From contig CBFHKU010000007.1 in assembly GCA_965656495.1 (NCBI GenBank), forward strand, positions 2,781 to 66,780: 64,000 bases of DNA, written 5' to 3'. Under the pieces are notes generated by a model. The model was given only the letters and a program-made list of their open reading frames with translations, did no database searches and was not told the DNA's origin. The translations under genes and the position numbers were made by a program. Below, in pieces: positions 1 to 11,112 of this stretch (positions are counted from its first letter, which is position 1; each line of letters opens with the position of its first letter). The stretch is from Coraliomargaritaceae bacterium (lineage in GTDB: Bacteria > Verrucomicrobiota > Verrucomicrobiia > Opitutales > Coraliomargaritaceae).

Positions 1-2
1 AG

Positions 3-170
3 GCGCTGGATCCGGAATTCCTGGAATCGAATTTCGCGAATGGCGGCCACTCGGGCGAACGGGTGGGTGAAATATGGTCTGCGATTGGCGCAGATGTGCG
101 CAAGCAATTGGACAGCTACACCCTGGAGGCGTTCATCGTGAACGATCCGGGTGAGATGTATTACATCTAA
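3..170 (+). CDS. 3' end of a probable Rrf2-family (CymR/IscR-like) transcriptional regulator, truncated by the window edge
   Basis: Frame 3 reads ALDPEFLESN...EIWSAIGADVRKQLDSYTLEAF...GEMYYI*; the W...LDSYTL and terminal MYYI pattern is typical of Rrf2 C-termini. Confidence 0.55.
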   Translation, partial: ALDPEFLESNFANGGHSGERVGEIWSAIGADVRKQLDSYTLEAFIVNDPGEMYYI

Positions 171-204
171 TGCCAGTGTCGGGCGGCGGGTCTGCCTTCG
201 CCCC

Positions 205-2022
205 CTAGAATTTCCAGAAGATCGGCACCACCAGTACCGTGACGGCGCAGCAAATGATATTGAGCGGTAGCCCCACGCGGGTGAAGTCGGCGAAGCGGTA
301 ACCCCCGACGCCGTAAATATAGGTATTGGTCTGGTATCCAATTGGAGTGGCAAAGCTGGCAGAGGAGGCGATACAGGTGCCGACCACAAAGGGTCGTGCA
401 TCCACCCCGAGGGTCAGCGCGACGCCGAGCGCAATCGGTACCATGAGGGCGACCGCGGCGTTGTTGGAGAGGAATTCGGTAAAGGTTGAAGTGATGATGT
501 AAATGAGCAGCAACATCGCGACGTTTTGGAGGTGTGTCGGCACGAGCGCATCGATGAATCCAATCAAATTCTTGGCGATCAGTATGCTGGCGCCGGTGCT
601 ATCCATCGCGGTACCGAGGGCGAGCATCCCAAAGATAATGACAAGGATGCTCCACTCGATGGAGGCGTAGGCTTCCTTGGGCTTCATGCAGCCGCTCAGT
701 AGCAGGACCGCGACCCCGAGGCTTGCCGCCGCGAGAATCGGCACGATGTTGAGGGAGGCGAGGGTCACCACGCCCGCGCTGGTCAGGAGCGCGATCGGCA
801 TTTTCGCGCGGATGTCCTTGGCGGGAACGCGGGGACGGTCGAGGAGGATGAGTTCCTCGCTGCTGGCGAGGTTTTCGATGGCGTTGTTGGAACCCATCAT
901 GAGGAGGGTGTCGCCCGGTTGCAGGCGGAGATCGTTGAGGCGTTCGCGCTGGTTCTGGCCCTTGCGGTGGATCGCGACAACCACCATGCGGAAACGCTGA
1001 CGGAAGTTGATTTCGCCCAGAGTTTTGCCTGCAATGGTGGCGTTGGGCGAAACCACCGCTTCCACGATCGCGCCCTCATCGGTGGCGATCGTTTCAAGGT
1101 CCTCGGAAAGCTCTGCCTGAAGGGCGATGCCTTTCTCCGAGCGGGCCGCCGCGATGCCGGAGGGATGGCAGGACATCACGAGACGATCGCCCGCCTCGAG
1201 CGCGACTTTGCTGGGATCATTCTGGACCGCGACCCCGTGGCGCACGATTTCAAGGAGGCGGATGCGGCGCGTTTTCAGGAAGCTGCATTCGGCGGCAGGG
1301 GTACCGATGAGATTGGAGTCGGCACGGACAAAAGCCTCTGTGATATATTCCTCGCGCTCTGCTTCGCTGAGGATCGAGGTGAGGGTTTCGCGGCGCGGGA
1401 GGAGGCGGTTCCCGAAGAATACGAGATAAAGGGTACCGACCGCAAGAATGGGCAGGCCGACCGCCGCGAGTTCAAACATCCCGATGGGGCGATGCCCGGC
1501 GTCCACCAGAATACCGCTGGCGAGGAGATTGGTGCTGGTGCCGAGGAGGGTGCAGGTGCCGCCAAAAATGGAAGCGTAGGAGAGGGGAATCAAGAGTTTG
1601 GAGGAGGGGAGCCCCATCTCGCGGGACAAGGTCAGGATCACCGGCATGAGAACAATCACGACGGGGGTGTTGTTCACAAATGCGGAAACCGCCGCGACCC
1701 CAAGGATCATGATGAAGAGGAAGCGCCGGTAGGGAAATTGCACCAATTGCCGGAGGTAGCGGGTGATGAGATCAATCGCGCCGGTGCGTTCGAGGGCCGC
1801 GCTCACAATGAACATCGCCGCAATCGTGAGGGGCGCGGAATTACTGAAAACCATCAGGAGGCTGTCCAGATCGGGCAATTCCGTGCTGCGGGTGAGCATA
1901 CTGACAAAGAGCAGGGCAGCAAAGACCGTCAGGGAGGTGAGGTCCGCAGAAATACGCTCCCAAATAAAGCTGACGATCGCGAAGGCGAGCAGCGCAAAGA
2001 CAAAATAGATTTCCCAGGTCAT
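205..2022 (-). CDS. SLC13/DASS-family permease with TrkA-C (RCK_C) domains
   Basis: Multiple TM segments, [22 protein letters not shown], two RCK_C-like soluble repeats, [11 protein letters not shown]. Confidence 0.9.
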   Translation of the reverse strand: MTWEIYFVFALLAFAIVSFIWERISADLTSLTVFAALLFVSMLTRSTELPDLDSLLMVFSNSAPLTIAAMFIVSAALERTGAIDLITRYLRQLVQFPYRRFLFIMILGVAAVSAFVNNTPVVIVLMPVILTLSREMGLPSSKLLIPLSYASIFGGTCTLLGTSTNLLASGILVDAGHRPIGMFELAAVGLPILAVGTLYLVFFGNRLLPRRETLTSILSEAEREEYITEAFVRADSNLIGTPAAECSFLKTRRIRLLEIVRHGVAVQNDPSKVALEAGDRLVMSCHPSGIAAARSEKGIALQAELSEDLETIATDEGAIVEAVVSPNATIAGKTLGEINFRQRFRMVVVAIHRKGQNQRERLNDLRLQPGDTLLMMGSNNAIENLASSEELILLDRPRVPAKDIRAKMPIALLTSAGVVTLASLNIVPILAAASLGVAVLLLSGCMKPKEAYASIEWSILVIIFGMLALGTAMDSTGASILIAKNLIGFIDALVPTHLQNVAMLLLIYIITSTFTEFLSNNAAVALMVPIALGVALTLGVDARPFVVGTCIASSASFATPIGYQTNTYIYGVGGYRFADFTRVGLPLNIICCAVTVLVVPIFWKF

Positions 2023-2161
2023 GCCGTGTAGTAATGCTTAAACCCGAAAAACTGCTGGTTTTGAACGAATAAGACAAGACAGGATTCAAGGGGCAAAAAC
2101 TTCCCTTGTATGAAATTGATTGCCATCCATAGATCGGGAAAATTAGCTCGCCCTTTTACTT

Positions 2162-2632
2162 ATGAACAAGGAGCTGTTTTATAATCGGTTGTTGGAAACC
2201 CTCCGCGAGGAGGTCAAACACGCGGTGGAGGCCTCAAAGGATGCCGCAGAATACGCGACCAATGAGGAATCGCGGGCGGAATCCAAATGGGATACGCAGG
2301 GGCTGGAGGCATCCTATCTGGCGGCGGGGCAGGCAGGACAGGCGAAGCAATGGGCAGAAGCGGTGGAGGAACTGCAATCGGAACGGGAAGACCTCATGCG
2401 CCCGAATGATCGCGTCTCGCTGGGCGCTTTGTTCCGCTGCGGTTTCGATGCCGGGGAGGAATATTTCTTTTTTGCGGGGGTGGCTGGGGGGCATGTCGTG
2501 ACGGTCGATACGCGCGAGGTGACCGTCATTACGCCGCAATCGGAGTTGGCACACCGGCTCCTGGGATTGCGCGCCGGTGATACCTTTGCACTGCGCAATG
2601 GCCGCGCGGGCCGCATCCTCTCGGTCGAGTAA
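2162..2632 (+). CDS. GreA/GreB-family elongation factor-like protein
   Basis: N-terminal coiled coil with AESKWDT, C-terminal VITPQSELAHRLLG...GD motif. Confidence 0.75.
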   Translation: MNKELFYNRLLETLREEVKHAVEASKDAAEYATNEESRAESKWDTQGLEASYLAAGQAGQAKQWAEAVEELQSEREDLMRPNDRVSLGALFRCGFDAGEEYFFFAGVAGGHVVTVDTREVTVITPQSELAHRLLGLRAGDTFALRNGRAGRILSVE

Positions 2633-2641
2633 ACGGCGGGA

Positions 2642-3139
2642 TTAATTCCAGAGGTAGCTCTGTCTAACGCCGAGTATTTTGCCGTTCGGGTCCTCGATGG
2701 TGAACTTCCATGCGGCGGGAACCCGCTCGCTTTGATAGGGCCAGTCCGAGCCGGTAAGCCCGAAGAGGAGCTGACGGCTGCTGCCGCGTTTGGCGGGCAG
2801 TTTCAGTTCAAAGCGCTGCACTTCGGTTTGCTTTGGGGTATAAACTTCCGCAATGACGCGGGTTCCACGGGGGAGATGTTTCGCCTTTTTGTCGAGGCGC
2901 AGGGTGAAGTAGAAGCCCCGGCGGTCCTCCGCTTGGGTGCGCACCACGGTACGTTTTCCGTGTTCCTCCACTCCGGTAAGAAATTCATTGATGCGTTTAA
3001 AGGCGCTCGCCTCCATGAATTCCGGCTGAATCTCAAGAATTTCCACCGATTCGATCCTGGGGGGCGGCGTGCTGGAACAGGCGGCAAATCCGAGGCAAAT
3101 GAGGAGGAGGCATACGGCGCGAAGCATGGGCTTTAGCAT
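2642..3139 (-). CDS. Hypothetical lipoprotein
   Basis: Signal peptide with lipobox FAAC; 165-aa ORF. Confidence 0.7.
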   Translation of the reverse strand: MLKPMLRAVCLLLICLGFAACSSTPPPRIESVEILEIQPEFMEASAFKRINEFLTGVEEHGKRTVVRTQAEDRRGFYFTLRLDKKAKHLPRGTRVIAEVYTPKQTEVQRFELKLPAKRGSSRQLLFGLTGSDWPYQSERVPAAWKFTIEDPNGKILGVRQSYLWN

Positions 3140-3190
3140 TTTAAGGAGGGCGGACTTGTCAACGCTTGGTGCGCGCGAAGTGTGATGGTT

Positions 3191-5188
3191 CTAGTAGGCG
3201 CGGGAGGGCGCGACCCGGAGGGTTTCGAAGCGACCGGGGTCAATTTCCTGAATGAAACGGCTCGGGTTCATGCGCATGACGTTCTGGCCGCGCTGGTTGA
3301 GCATTGGATAACTGAGGTAGAGTTCCTCCATCGCGCGGGTCACCGCGACGTAAAAGAGGCGGCGCTCCTCCTCGAGGTCGCCGCTGTCGATGGTGCGTTG
3401 CAGGGGAAAGAGCCCGTCCGCGAGTCCAATGACAAAGACCACCGGGAATTCCAAACCCTTGGCCTGGTGAATGGTGGTGAGGCGCAGGCAGTTTTTCTGG
3501 TCTTCGGCGGAGCGTTCGTTGCTTTCAGAGGCGAGGAGGACCAATTGCGCGAGGAGTTCCTCCATGGTATCATAGCGGTTCGCAAATGCGATGAGGCTTT
3601 GGAGGTCGTCTTCGCGATCGTTCCAGTTGGGGTAGATCTCGCGGATGTAGCTGCCATACCAGCCCTGTAGCGCTTGCTCCACCACTTCGCCCGGTGCGTT
3701 TTCGGTGAGGGCGGTGTTGATTTCGAGAATGGTGGCGGCGAGGGAGGGCCATTCCTCGCGGGCATTGGCGGGGACCTTTTGAAGGACTTTCTCGTCGGTC
3801 AGGGCGTCGCAGAAATCACGGCTTTCCTTTTCGGCGAGTTGACGGGTGAAGGCGTGGATGCGCTCCGCGGTCTTGGGGCCGACCTTGGGCAGGAGGGTCG
3901 TGAAGCGGGCAAAGGCGGAGATGTCGGCGGGATTGGAGGCGAAGCGGAGTTGCGCTGTGAAATCCTTGATGTGTGCCTGTTCAAAGAAACGCACCCCGCT
4001 CGTGATTTGGTAGTCGATGTTGCGGCGCGAAAGCTCCATCTGCAAATCCATCGCATGAAAATGCGCGCGGTAAAGAACCGCCACTTCCGAGAGGTCGCGG
4101 CCCTCGTCGATCAAGCCCTCAATCCGTTGAATGATGAAGTTCGCCTGTCCGCGGGTGTCCATCATCGGAACAAAGTAGGGGAGTTGACCGTTTTCTCGAA
4201 CGGGGCGCAATTCCTTGTGGTAGCCGCGCCCGGAAGGTTGGTGGGCGAGGATCGCGTTTGCGAATTCAAGGATCTGCGGGGTGCTCCGGTAATTGGTCTC
4301 GATCTTGTGCAGGGTGGCGCCGGGGTGACGGTCCTCGAAGCGCATGATGTTGTCGAAGTCCGCGCCGCGCCAGGTATAGATACACTGGGCGTCGTCACCC
4401 ACCGCCATGATTTGATGGTGCACGCCGAACTGTTCGATGATGTCGGATTGCAGTCGGTTGGTGTCCTGAAATTCATCTACGAGGATGTGCTTGAAGCGTT
4501 CCTGATAAATGGCGGCGATGTCGGGATGTTCCCCGAGGAGTTGGAGGAGGTGCTCGAGGAGGTCGTCGTAATCGACCACTTGTTGTTTGAGTTTTTCGGC
4601 TTGGTAGGCCTTGTGGAAATCAACCGCCTTGTCGGCGATCCCATCGAGGAGGGGGAAGTATTCGCTCGCTTGCTCGCTGATGGGCGAGCGGGTGTTGCGG
4701 GCGAAACTGATCATGTTGGCGATGACCTTGGGCTTGGGGTTGTGCTTGCCTTTGATGAACTTCGAATCGACCGAGTTGATGCAGTTTTTGAGGAGTGATT
4801 CCGCCTCGCCCTCGTCGAGGATGGTGTAGTGGCGCTTCAGGCCGATCTTTTCGCCATGGACCCGGAGGATGCGCTGGGCAATACTGTGGAAGGTCCCGCC
4901 CCAGAGCTGACGCCGGGAAATCCCGGTGAGATCCTCGACCCGTTCGAGCATTTCGCGGGCGGCTTTATTGGTAAAGGTGAGGAGGAGGATTTCGTGCGGC
5001 TGAATACCGGTGTGGAGGAGGTAGGCGACCCGGTAGGTGAGGGTGCGGGTTTTGCCCGATCCCGCGCCCGCCAGCACGAGGGCGGGGCCGGGTTCCGCCG
5101 TGACCGCCGCGTATTGCTCCGCATTCAATTCGCCCTTGAAATCAATGGGCGGAAAGCTGGGCATGAGGTGGTCAATCGACTCGGACAT
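3191..5188 (-). CDS. UvrD/PcrA/Rep-family ATP-dependent DNA helicase
   Basis: [52 protein letters not shown]; start moved to the ATG of MSESID. Confidence 0.93.
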   Translation of the reverse strand: MSESIDHLMPSFPPIDFKGELNAEQYAAVTAEPGPALVLAGAGSGKTRTLTYRVAYLLHTGIQPHEILLLTFTNKAAREMLERVEDLTGISRRQLWGGTFHSIAQRILRVHGEKIGLKRHYTILDEGEAESLLKNCINSVDSKFIKGKHNPKPKVIANMISFARNTRSPISEQASEYFPLLDGIADKAVDFHKAYQAEKLKQQVVDYDDLLEHLLQLLGEHPDIAAIYQERFKHILVDEFQDTNRLQSDIIEQFGVHHQIMAVGDDAQCIYTWRGADFDNIMRFEDRHPGATLHKIETNYRSTPQILEFANAILAHQPSGRGYHKELRPVRENGQLPYFVPMMDTRGQANFIIQRIEGLIDEGRDLSEVAVLYRAHFHAMDLQMELSRRNIDYQITSGVRFFEQAHIKDFTAQLRFASNPADISAFARFTTLLPKVGPKTAERIHAFTRQLAEKESRDFCDALTDEKVLQKVPANAREEWPSLAATILEINTALTENAPGEVVEQALQGWYGSYIREIYPNWNDREDDLQSLIAFANRYDTMEELLAQLVLLASESNERSAEDQKNCLRLTTIHQAKGLEFPVVFVIGLADGLFPLQRTIDSGDLEEERRLFYVAVTRAMEELYLSYPMLNQRGQNVMRMNPSRFIQEIDPGRFETLRVAPSRAY

Positions 5189-5307
5189 CCCCCTATATAA
5201 GGGAAGCCTTCCCGCCCGGTGCAAAACAAAAGCACGATTCTCGCCGATTCCGGATCTCTGCAAAGCAGGGTTGCGGTTTTCCGTTAGCTGGTTTGCTTAG
5301 TTAGTCC

Positions 5308-6744
5308 GTGCAAATCATCCCATCCGATAACGTCAGAAAATACCGCAAGGACGACCTGCGGGTTTTTCTCGCGGCGTGTCGCGAAGCGGCGATTGAAAAA
5401 GAACACTTCCAATTGGCGAGTATTTCAATGGAGGTGGAATATATTGAACCGCTCGCGGTGCTGGAATCGATCCTGGAAACCGGGGAGCAGCATTTCTATC
5501 TGGAATCGCCGTCGCATGGACAGGCATTGGCAGGCGCGGAGGCATTGGTCGAGGGGCATTTCTCCGGGGCGGGGCGTTTTCAGGCGATCAAGGATTTCGC
5601 GGAGAACATTCTGGAGCACACCATTGCGGTGGGGGATCTTTCCGCGCCCTTTGCAGGGCCGCATTTTTTTACGGCATTCACCTTTGAGCAAACCGCGACC
5701 GAGGGGGCGGATTTCCCGGCGGCGAGTGTCTTCGTGCCGCGTTGGCAGGTCTCCCGTATGGGGGAACGCTTTGGCGCGGTCGCGAATGTGCGGATTGAGC
5801 CCGATTGCGATTTGGACCCGCTCGTGGATCGCGTCTGGGCCGCCTATGAAAAATTTTCCGTTTTTAATTACGAGGCGAATCCCGCCGAGGCGGCAGCACG
5901 GGAAACGGAACTCGCGGTGGTCGAGGAACGTGAACTCGGAGAGCGACCCTTCGGAGCGTTGGTGGAGGCGGCGCTCAAGGACATCGCCCAGCAACGCTAT
6001 GATAAAATCGTCCTGTCACGCGTGCGGGAACTGACCGCCAACTCGGACTGGCAACCCTTCGCGGCGCTCAATCGTCTTCGCGCCCGTTTCAATGATTGCC
6101 ATACTTTCTCCTACGGTAACAACGCGGGCTGCAGTTTTATCGGCGCCAGCCCGGAACGTCTCCTCAAGATCAATGAACAACGCCTACAGACCGAAGCCAT
6201 CGCCGGTTCGGCACCCCGTGGAACGACCGCCGCAGATGACGCCCGCCTGGCACGTGCCTTGTTAAATAGCGAAAAGGATCTGTGGGAACATTCCTGCGTC
6301 CGCGATTCCATCATCCGGCGTCTCTTTGTGCGCGGCATCAACGGACAAGCGATCGGTGGACCCAACCTCTTGCCCCTCGCCAATGTCCAACACCTCCGCA
6401 CCCCCATCGAAGCGGAAGTCAAACGCGGGGTTCACCTCCTCGATATCGCCGAGGAATTACACCCGACCCCCGCCGTTGGCGGCACCCCCCGCGAGGCCGC
6501 CCTCGACGCGCTGCCCGGACTCGAATCCTCCGAACGCGGACTCTACGCCGGCGCCCTCGGTTGGTTCAATCACCTCAACGACGGCGAACTCGTCGTTGGA
6601 ATCCGCTCCGCCTTGATCAAAGGAAAATCCGCCAAACTCTACTCCGGCGCCGGCGTCGTCGCAGGCTCCACCGCCGAAGGAGAAATCCGCGAGACCGACA
6701 TGAAACTCCGCGCCCTCTACGAAGCCCTCGTTCCCAAAGGGTAG
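5308..6744 (+). CDS. menF: Isochorismate synthase
   Basis: Chorismate-binding motifs KIVLSR, FIGASPERL, AIAGS, LHPTPAVGG, RGLYAGALGW, IRSALI, YSGAGVV. Confidence 0.88.
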   Translation: MQIIPSDNVRKYRKDDLRVFLAACREAAIEKEHFQLASISMEVEYIEPLAVLESILETGEQHFYLESPSHGQALAGAEALVEGHFSGAGRFQAIKDFAENILEHTIAVGDLSAPFAGPHFFTAFTFEQTATEGADFPAASVFVPRWQVSRMGERFGAVANVRIEPDCDLDPLVDRVWAAYEKFSVFNYEANPAEAAARETELAVVEERELGERPFGALVEAALKDIAQQRYDKIVLSRVRELTANSDWQPFAALNRLRARFNDCHTFSYGNNAGCSFIGASPERLLKINEQRLQTEAIAGSAPRGTTAADDARLARALLNSEKDLWEHSCVRDSIIRRLFVRGINGQAIGGPNLLPLANVQHLRTPIEAEVKRGVHLLDIAEELHPTPAVGGTPREAALDALPGLESSERGLYAGALGWFNHLNDGELVVGIRSALIKGKSAKLYSGAGVVAGSTAEGEIRETDMKLRALYEALVPKG

Positions 6745-6752
6745 GGGTGGGT
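6679..6752 (+). repeat. 74-bp direct repeat, copy 1 (native 3' end of menF plus GGGTGGGT)
   Basis: Matches 16122-16195 with one mismatch (GACA vs GCCA). Confidence 0.95.
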
Positions 6753-6946
6753 TAAGGTATGCGATTGATCGGCGGTCTTTGGAGGTGTGGAATAGGGCAG
6801 GGTTATTTGCTATTTAAATGTTAGCTTCTTTGCCTTTCATTTTTTTATATTAACTTTTTATCTTGTAATGCTGTTGGTAATTTTTACCTAATAAATAAAT
6901 AATAAATAAGGCTATAGGCTCAAGGAAAACCAGTTCAAAAATTAAT

Positions 6947-7640
6947 ATGTACGGAATTTTGCTGTCTAGCCTCTACTCATTGGATAAGGAAGGCCTGTCT
7001 CTAACTAATGCAGTAGAAAACGTAGAAGACCATCTAGAGCCTTTGAAGGAGGCTTTATTTCCTCTCAACGAGGATAACATTATCCCAGTTCTCGATGGTG
7101 AATGGTTTGAGGGCAACAAAGTGGCTCGCTTCCTCGAGTTTCTTAGATTCACTCTCAGCGAAGATATCCTGCGCGAGAATATCCAGTTCATTGACAAGTC
7201 GTGGGGAAGGATCAGCGGGAGTATTTCGTTAGCGATTTCTACAAGGATCACCTCAAGACCTCCAAGAAGTGGCTCATTTATTGGCTCTTCCAAAGTTCGA
7301 AGAAGAGCTTCCAAGCACTCGTCTGCCTGCACCGCTACAACCGGGACACAGTTAGCCTGCTACTCAACGACTACCTGCGAGAGTTCCAGAATAAGCTACG
7401 TAACAGGAGACAGGACCTCAGCGAAATCCTCGCCAGTGAGTCCACCAGTGCCCGTGACAAAACAGCTTCTAAAAAGAACAGACAAAAATCGAAAAATCCT
7501 TCACCGAGCTCGCCGACTGGGAACGCGATTTCATTCTCCCGCTCGCCCAACAGCGCCTTGAAGTCGACTTTGATGACGGTTTCAAAAAGAACTACCCAAA
7601 ATTTGGAAAAGCCCTAACGAAGGTCGTTGGGCTATCTTAA
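6947..7640 (+). pseudogene. pglX: 3' remnant of BREX-1 adenine methyltransferase PglX, frameshifted
   Basis: Spread over three frames: YSLDKEGL..EDNIIPVLDGEWF; DFYKDHLKTSKKWLIYWLFQS..LHRYNRDTV..NDYLREF; EVDFDDGFKKNYPKFGKAL*. These match the PglX C-terminus; the MTase core is absent. Confidence 0.85.
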
Positions 7641-7658
7641 TAAGAACAAATCTTTATC

Positions 7659-9416
7659 ATGTCATTCCAAACACCGATCACAATCAGCGAAGCCATCGAG
7701 AACGTTCATGCTGGCAGATATCTTTTGCTGGCGATTCAACGCGAATTTGAATGGGGATCAGACAAAATTGAGTGGCTCTTCGATTCTATCATGCGGGGAT
7801 ATCCGATCAGCTCATTTCTGTTTTGGAATGTTGAAGGAGCGAGCGTTAATGGCTACCGATTCTACTCTTTTCTAAGAAAATATCGGGAGCGCTATAAAAC
7901 GCATAACGACAATGCCAATGTGGAGGGCTTGGGTAACTTCACCGCAGTGCTGGACGGTCAGCAGCGACTGACTTCACTCTATGTTGGCCTGAAAGGAAGC
8001 TATGCCTATAAAGAGCCTCGAAGGCATTGGAATAATGATGAATGGAGTATTCCAACAAGAAGACTTTATTTAAATATCGCCGGCAAGCTTAAGGAAAGCG
8101 AGGAAGAGGACGGGAGGGTATATGAGTTTATATTTTTGAAAGACTCAGAGACCAATAAGGAAGATATCCATGATTCCAAATGGTTTAGAGTTGGAAAAAT
8201 TCTGTCGATCAAAGACATTGCTGATTTCAATGACTATGTGACTGCAAATCAGTTGAGTGCTGTTTCAATGCGAATCCTATCTACGCTCCATTCAATAATA
8301 TTCACAAAGTTTTTAGTGAACTATTTTTTGGAGAAAGAGCAGGACCTTCAAAAAGCGCTTAACATTTTCATTCGGATTAACAGCGGTGGGCTACCTCTGA
8401 ATTTCTCGGATCTAATTATGTCCATCGCGATAGCAAACTGGAAGAGAAAAGATGCTCGCCAAGAGATCCACACTTTAGTGGATAGGGTTCGAGATATTGG
8501 CTTCTCGATCTCGAAGGAATTTGTCTTCAAAACGTATCTCTATCTCTTTAGTTCGGATATTCGCTTTAAAGTCACGAACTTCACTACGGAGAATGCCCAC
8601 AACTTTGAGAAAGATTGGGAGAAGATTAGAGACGCCATTGAATGCTCTTTCGATCTACTGAAGAGCTACGGATACAAGGACTTTACGCTGACTTCGAAGA
8701 ACGCGGTGATCCCCATAATTTACTACCTGTATCATCGTGGGATTTATGCGCACTTCAAGACGCAGAAGCAGTATGAGCAGGATCGAGCCATAACAAAGAA
8801 ATGGCTTCATGTGATGACGCTTAAGCGCGTCTTCGGTGGGCAGTCTGATGGCACTCTTTCCCAAATCAGGAGAGCATTCACAGAAGATGTGTCTTCAAGC
8901 GAGAAGTTGCGTGATGGTATTATCGAGTTTCCGGTAGAATCCATAAATAGTTCGATACGTCGGGATATTAGCGTGGGCGATGAGTTTATCGACGAATTGC
9001 TCAAAACTCAGAAGGAAGACCGTTACGCATTTAGTATACTTGCACTCCTAAACCCTCAGTTGGACTACCGAAACAACGATTTTCATAAAGATCATTTGCA
9101 TCCGATAAGTTCTTTCCGTAAGAAATATATTGAAGCTCTGGAGCTTAATGACGAGGAGACTACCTATTTTATGTCTCCTGATTGGAAAAACAGTATGGTT
9201 AACCTCCAGATGCTGGATTCGAACGAGAATATGTCCAAGCAGGACAAATCTCTCGTCAACTGGGTAAGGCATGAAACCGAGCGCAAGGATCGGGATAGCT
9301 TCTTGGAACGGTGTGGCATCCCCCTTGATGTAAGCCTTGATTTCAAGGACTTCGCCAAATTCGCTAAACAACGGAAAACCTTGCTGGCGGGGAAACTTAA
9401 AACACTTCTCACCTAG
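7659..9416 (+). CDS. Fused GmrSD-type (DUF262 plus HNH/DUF1524-like) modification-dependent restriction protein
   Basis: IQREFEW, LDGQQRLTSL, IFIRINSGG (DUF262); HKDHLHP...NLQML..NEN (HNH). Confidence 0.85.
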   Translation: MSFQTPITISEAIENVHAGRYLLLAIQREFEWGSDKIEWLFDSIMRGYPISSFLFWNVEGASVNGYRFYSFLRKYRERYKTHNDNANVEGLGNFTAVLDGQQRLTSLYVGLKGSYAYKEPRRHWNNDEWSIPTRRLYLNIAGKLKESEEEDGRVYEFIFLKDSETNKEDIHDSKWFRVGKILSIKDIADFNDYVTANQLSAVSMRILSTLHSIIFTKFLVNYFLEKEQDLQKALNIFIRINSGGLPLNFSDLIMSIAIANWKRKDARQEIHTLVDRVRDIGFSISKEFVFKTYLYLFSSDIRFKVTNFTTENAHNFEKDWEKIRDAIECSFDLLKSYGYKDFTLTSKNAVIPIIYYLYHRGIYAHFKTQKQYEQDRAITKKWLHVMTLKRVFGGQSDGTLSQIRRAFTEDVSSSEKLRDGIIEFPVESINSSIRRDISVGDEFIDELLKTQKEDRYAFSILALLNPQLDYRNNDFHKDHLHPISSFRKKYIEALELNDEETTYFMSPDWKNSMVNLQMLDSNENMSKQDKSLVNWVRHETERKDRDSFLERCGIPLDVSLDFKDFAKFAKQRKTLLAGKLKTLLT

Positions 9417-9424
9417 GATTTCTC

Positions 9425-10627
9425 ATGGCGAATCAGCAGAATAAGTTTTTAGCGGCGCAACAGGGTCTTGGTTATATTTACCAGATTCGATTTGGGCTAC
9501 TTAAGATCCTTGAGCTACCAGAAGATACCAAATGCTTCATTGAGAAGGATGATGATCTCGATTTTGATAATGGCGATGAGGGCAAAATTCTCGCCTCATT
9601 GAAACATAAGGCACCTGGGGATACTTTGTCCGACCTGTCCATTGATTTCTGGAAATCTGTTCGAATTTGGATCCAGCATTTCAAGGGAGATAGGTCTGCG
9701 GATAGCCCTTCAAGGTATTTTCTATTTACCACAGGAAGCGTAGCTAAAGGAAGTTATCTAGAAAACTTCCTAAATGGCGCATCGCTCGACCCCGAAATCG
9801 TTAAGCTTTCTGATGAAGTGCTTTCTGGAACAGAATCGCAGATAATTCTCAAGATTAAGAATGAATTCGATGACTTAGACGAAGAAGATAAGGTACTATT
9901 CCTTGCTCGAATCGCAATTTTCGATCAGCAAGTTAGAATTGTTGAGATACCTGAAAAAGTGATGAGCCGGTATATGCGCTCAACTCGTCCGAAGTTTCGG
10001 AAAGCAGTTTACCAGCGGTTAGAGGGATGGTGGAATGATGTCGCAATCTCATTGATGGACGGAAAGCGAGTAGAACCGGCTTCTGGTATAGAGGTTTCAG
10101 AAATGCTTCATCGCTTCTGCGACGAGTTTCGCGATGATAATCTTCCCATTGATTTTCGGCATGCTACGCCTCCAGAGGGCGCAGACCCACACAACGACCC
10201 GCGCCTGTTTGTCGAGCAGTTAAGAGTCTTAGGGGTAAATCAGGAGCGGATAAAGCGCGCCATTCTAGATTATTACCGTGCATTCGAGCAGAGAGGCTCA
10301 TGGGCTCGTGAACATGTTACTATTACGGGCGAAGTTGACGAGTATGATGATAGGCTCGTGGATGAATGGGATCGGATGAAAAACATTCTTTGGGGGAAAG
10401 TGGATGACGGCTCTCAGGAAAACGAGTTACAGAATGCAGGAAAAGAGCTGCTTAACTGGTTCGAAACAAACGATCAGGAAAAATTGCGAATCCGTCCTCA
10501 AGTTACGGAACAGTATGTCATGATGGGAAGCTACCATATGCTTGCGAATGAAGAGGCACCTCGTATTCACTGGCACCCTCAGTTCCTCTCACGCTTGAGC
10601 GAAATTTTAACGAAAGGTTCTGAATGA
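9425..10627 (+). CDS. lmuA: Lamassu (ABC-three-component) effector LmuA: Cap4-like nuclease plus C-terminal domain
   Basis: LGYIYQ...IEKDDD...SLKH N-terminal nuclease-like motif; AILDYYRAFEQRGSW, GSYHMLA, IHWHPQF C-terminal motifs; operon context. Confidence 0.8.
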   Translation: MANQQNKFLAAQQGLGYIYQIRFGLLKILELPEDTKCFIEKDDDLDFDNGDEGKILASLKHKAPGDTLSDLSIDFWKSVRIWIQHFKGDRSADSPSRYFLFTTGSVAKGSYLENFLNGASLDPEIVKLSDEVLSGTESQIILKIKNEFDDLDEEDKVLFLARIAIFDQQVRIVEIPEKVMSRYMRSTRPKFRKAVYQRLEGWWNDVAISLMDGKRVEPASGIEVSEMLHRFCDEFRDDNLPIDFRHATPPEGADPHNDPRLFVEQLRVLGVNQERIKRAILDYYRAFEQRGSWAREHVTITGEVDEYDDRLVDEWDRMKNILWGKVDDGSQENELQNAGKELLNWFETNDQEKLRIRPQVTEQYVMMGSYHMLANEEAPRIHWHPQFLSRLSEILTKGSE

Positions 10628-11112
10628 AACCGTGGAAGCAACGACCTCGCGAGATTCGGAATTTGTTCAATCCATCATTCTGTGGAGTGGTTTTGTCACG
10701 TGCGCTTGAAGGCTATGAGTCAGAAGAAGAGGAGGGAATGCCTTTTTCTGTCAGCCTGCTAATCCTCCCTCTTTCTTTGCATAAGGAAACCCGGGAATCC
10801 TTCCTTGCTGGAAGCAGGAGCTATTTTGCGAAAATCATAGAAACTAATCCCCAAATCTTAGTTGGCTTTAGCGACAGAGCTAAGGGGTTAATGCCGTATT
10901 CATTGGAGGCTCTCGGCTATTTGATGAACTATGGGGCTATCTCAGTGACCGATTCTGGGAACATAAAATTAGTGCCTAAGGGCGTAAGGAAAACTATTAC
11001 AGGAACTGACGAAAGTAAGGCCTGCCAATCTGTAGCTAAGACAATTGGCAAAAAGCTGGCGGTAATAAACGACAGAGTAACCATTTACACATCATTAGGA
11101 GTTCGACCATGA
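10624..11112 (+). CDS. lmuC: Lamassu/ABC-3C middle component LmuC
   Basis: NLFNPSFCG, LILPLSLH motifs; ATGA-type overlaps with both neighbours. Confidence 0.8.
   Translation: MKPWKQRPREIRNLFNPSFCGVVLSRALEGYESEEEEGMPFSVSLLILPLSLHKETRESFLAGSRSYFAKIIETNPQILVGFSDRAKGLMPYSLEALGYLMNYGAISVTDSGNIKLVPKGVRKTITGTDESKACQSVAKTIGKKLAVINDRVTIYTSLGVRP

Noticed and set aside
677..5200. Long antisense ORFs over GC-rich genes (e.g. 919-2031, 3674-4798; likewise 27709-28878, 58712-60013)
   Set aside because: Shadow frames of well-supported genes, expected from GC-biased codon usage.
6739..6752. G-quadruplex at GGGTAGGGGTGGG (also after pntB)
   Set aside because: Only three adjacent G-tracts are present.
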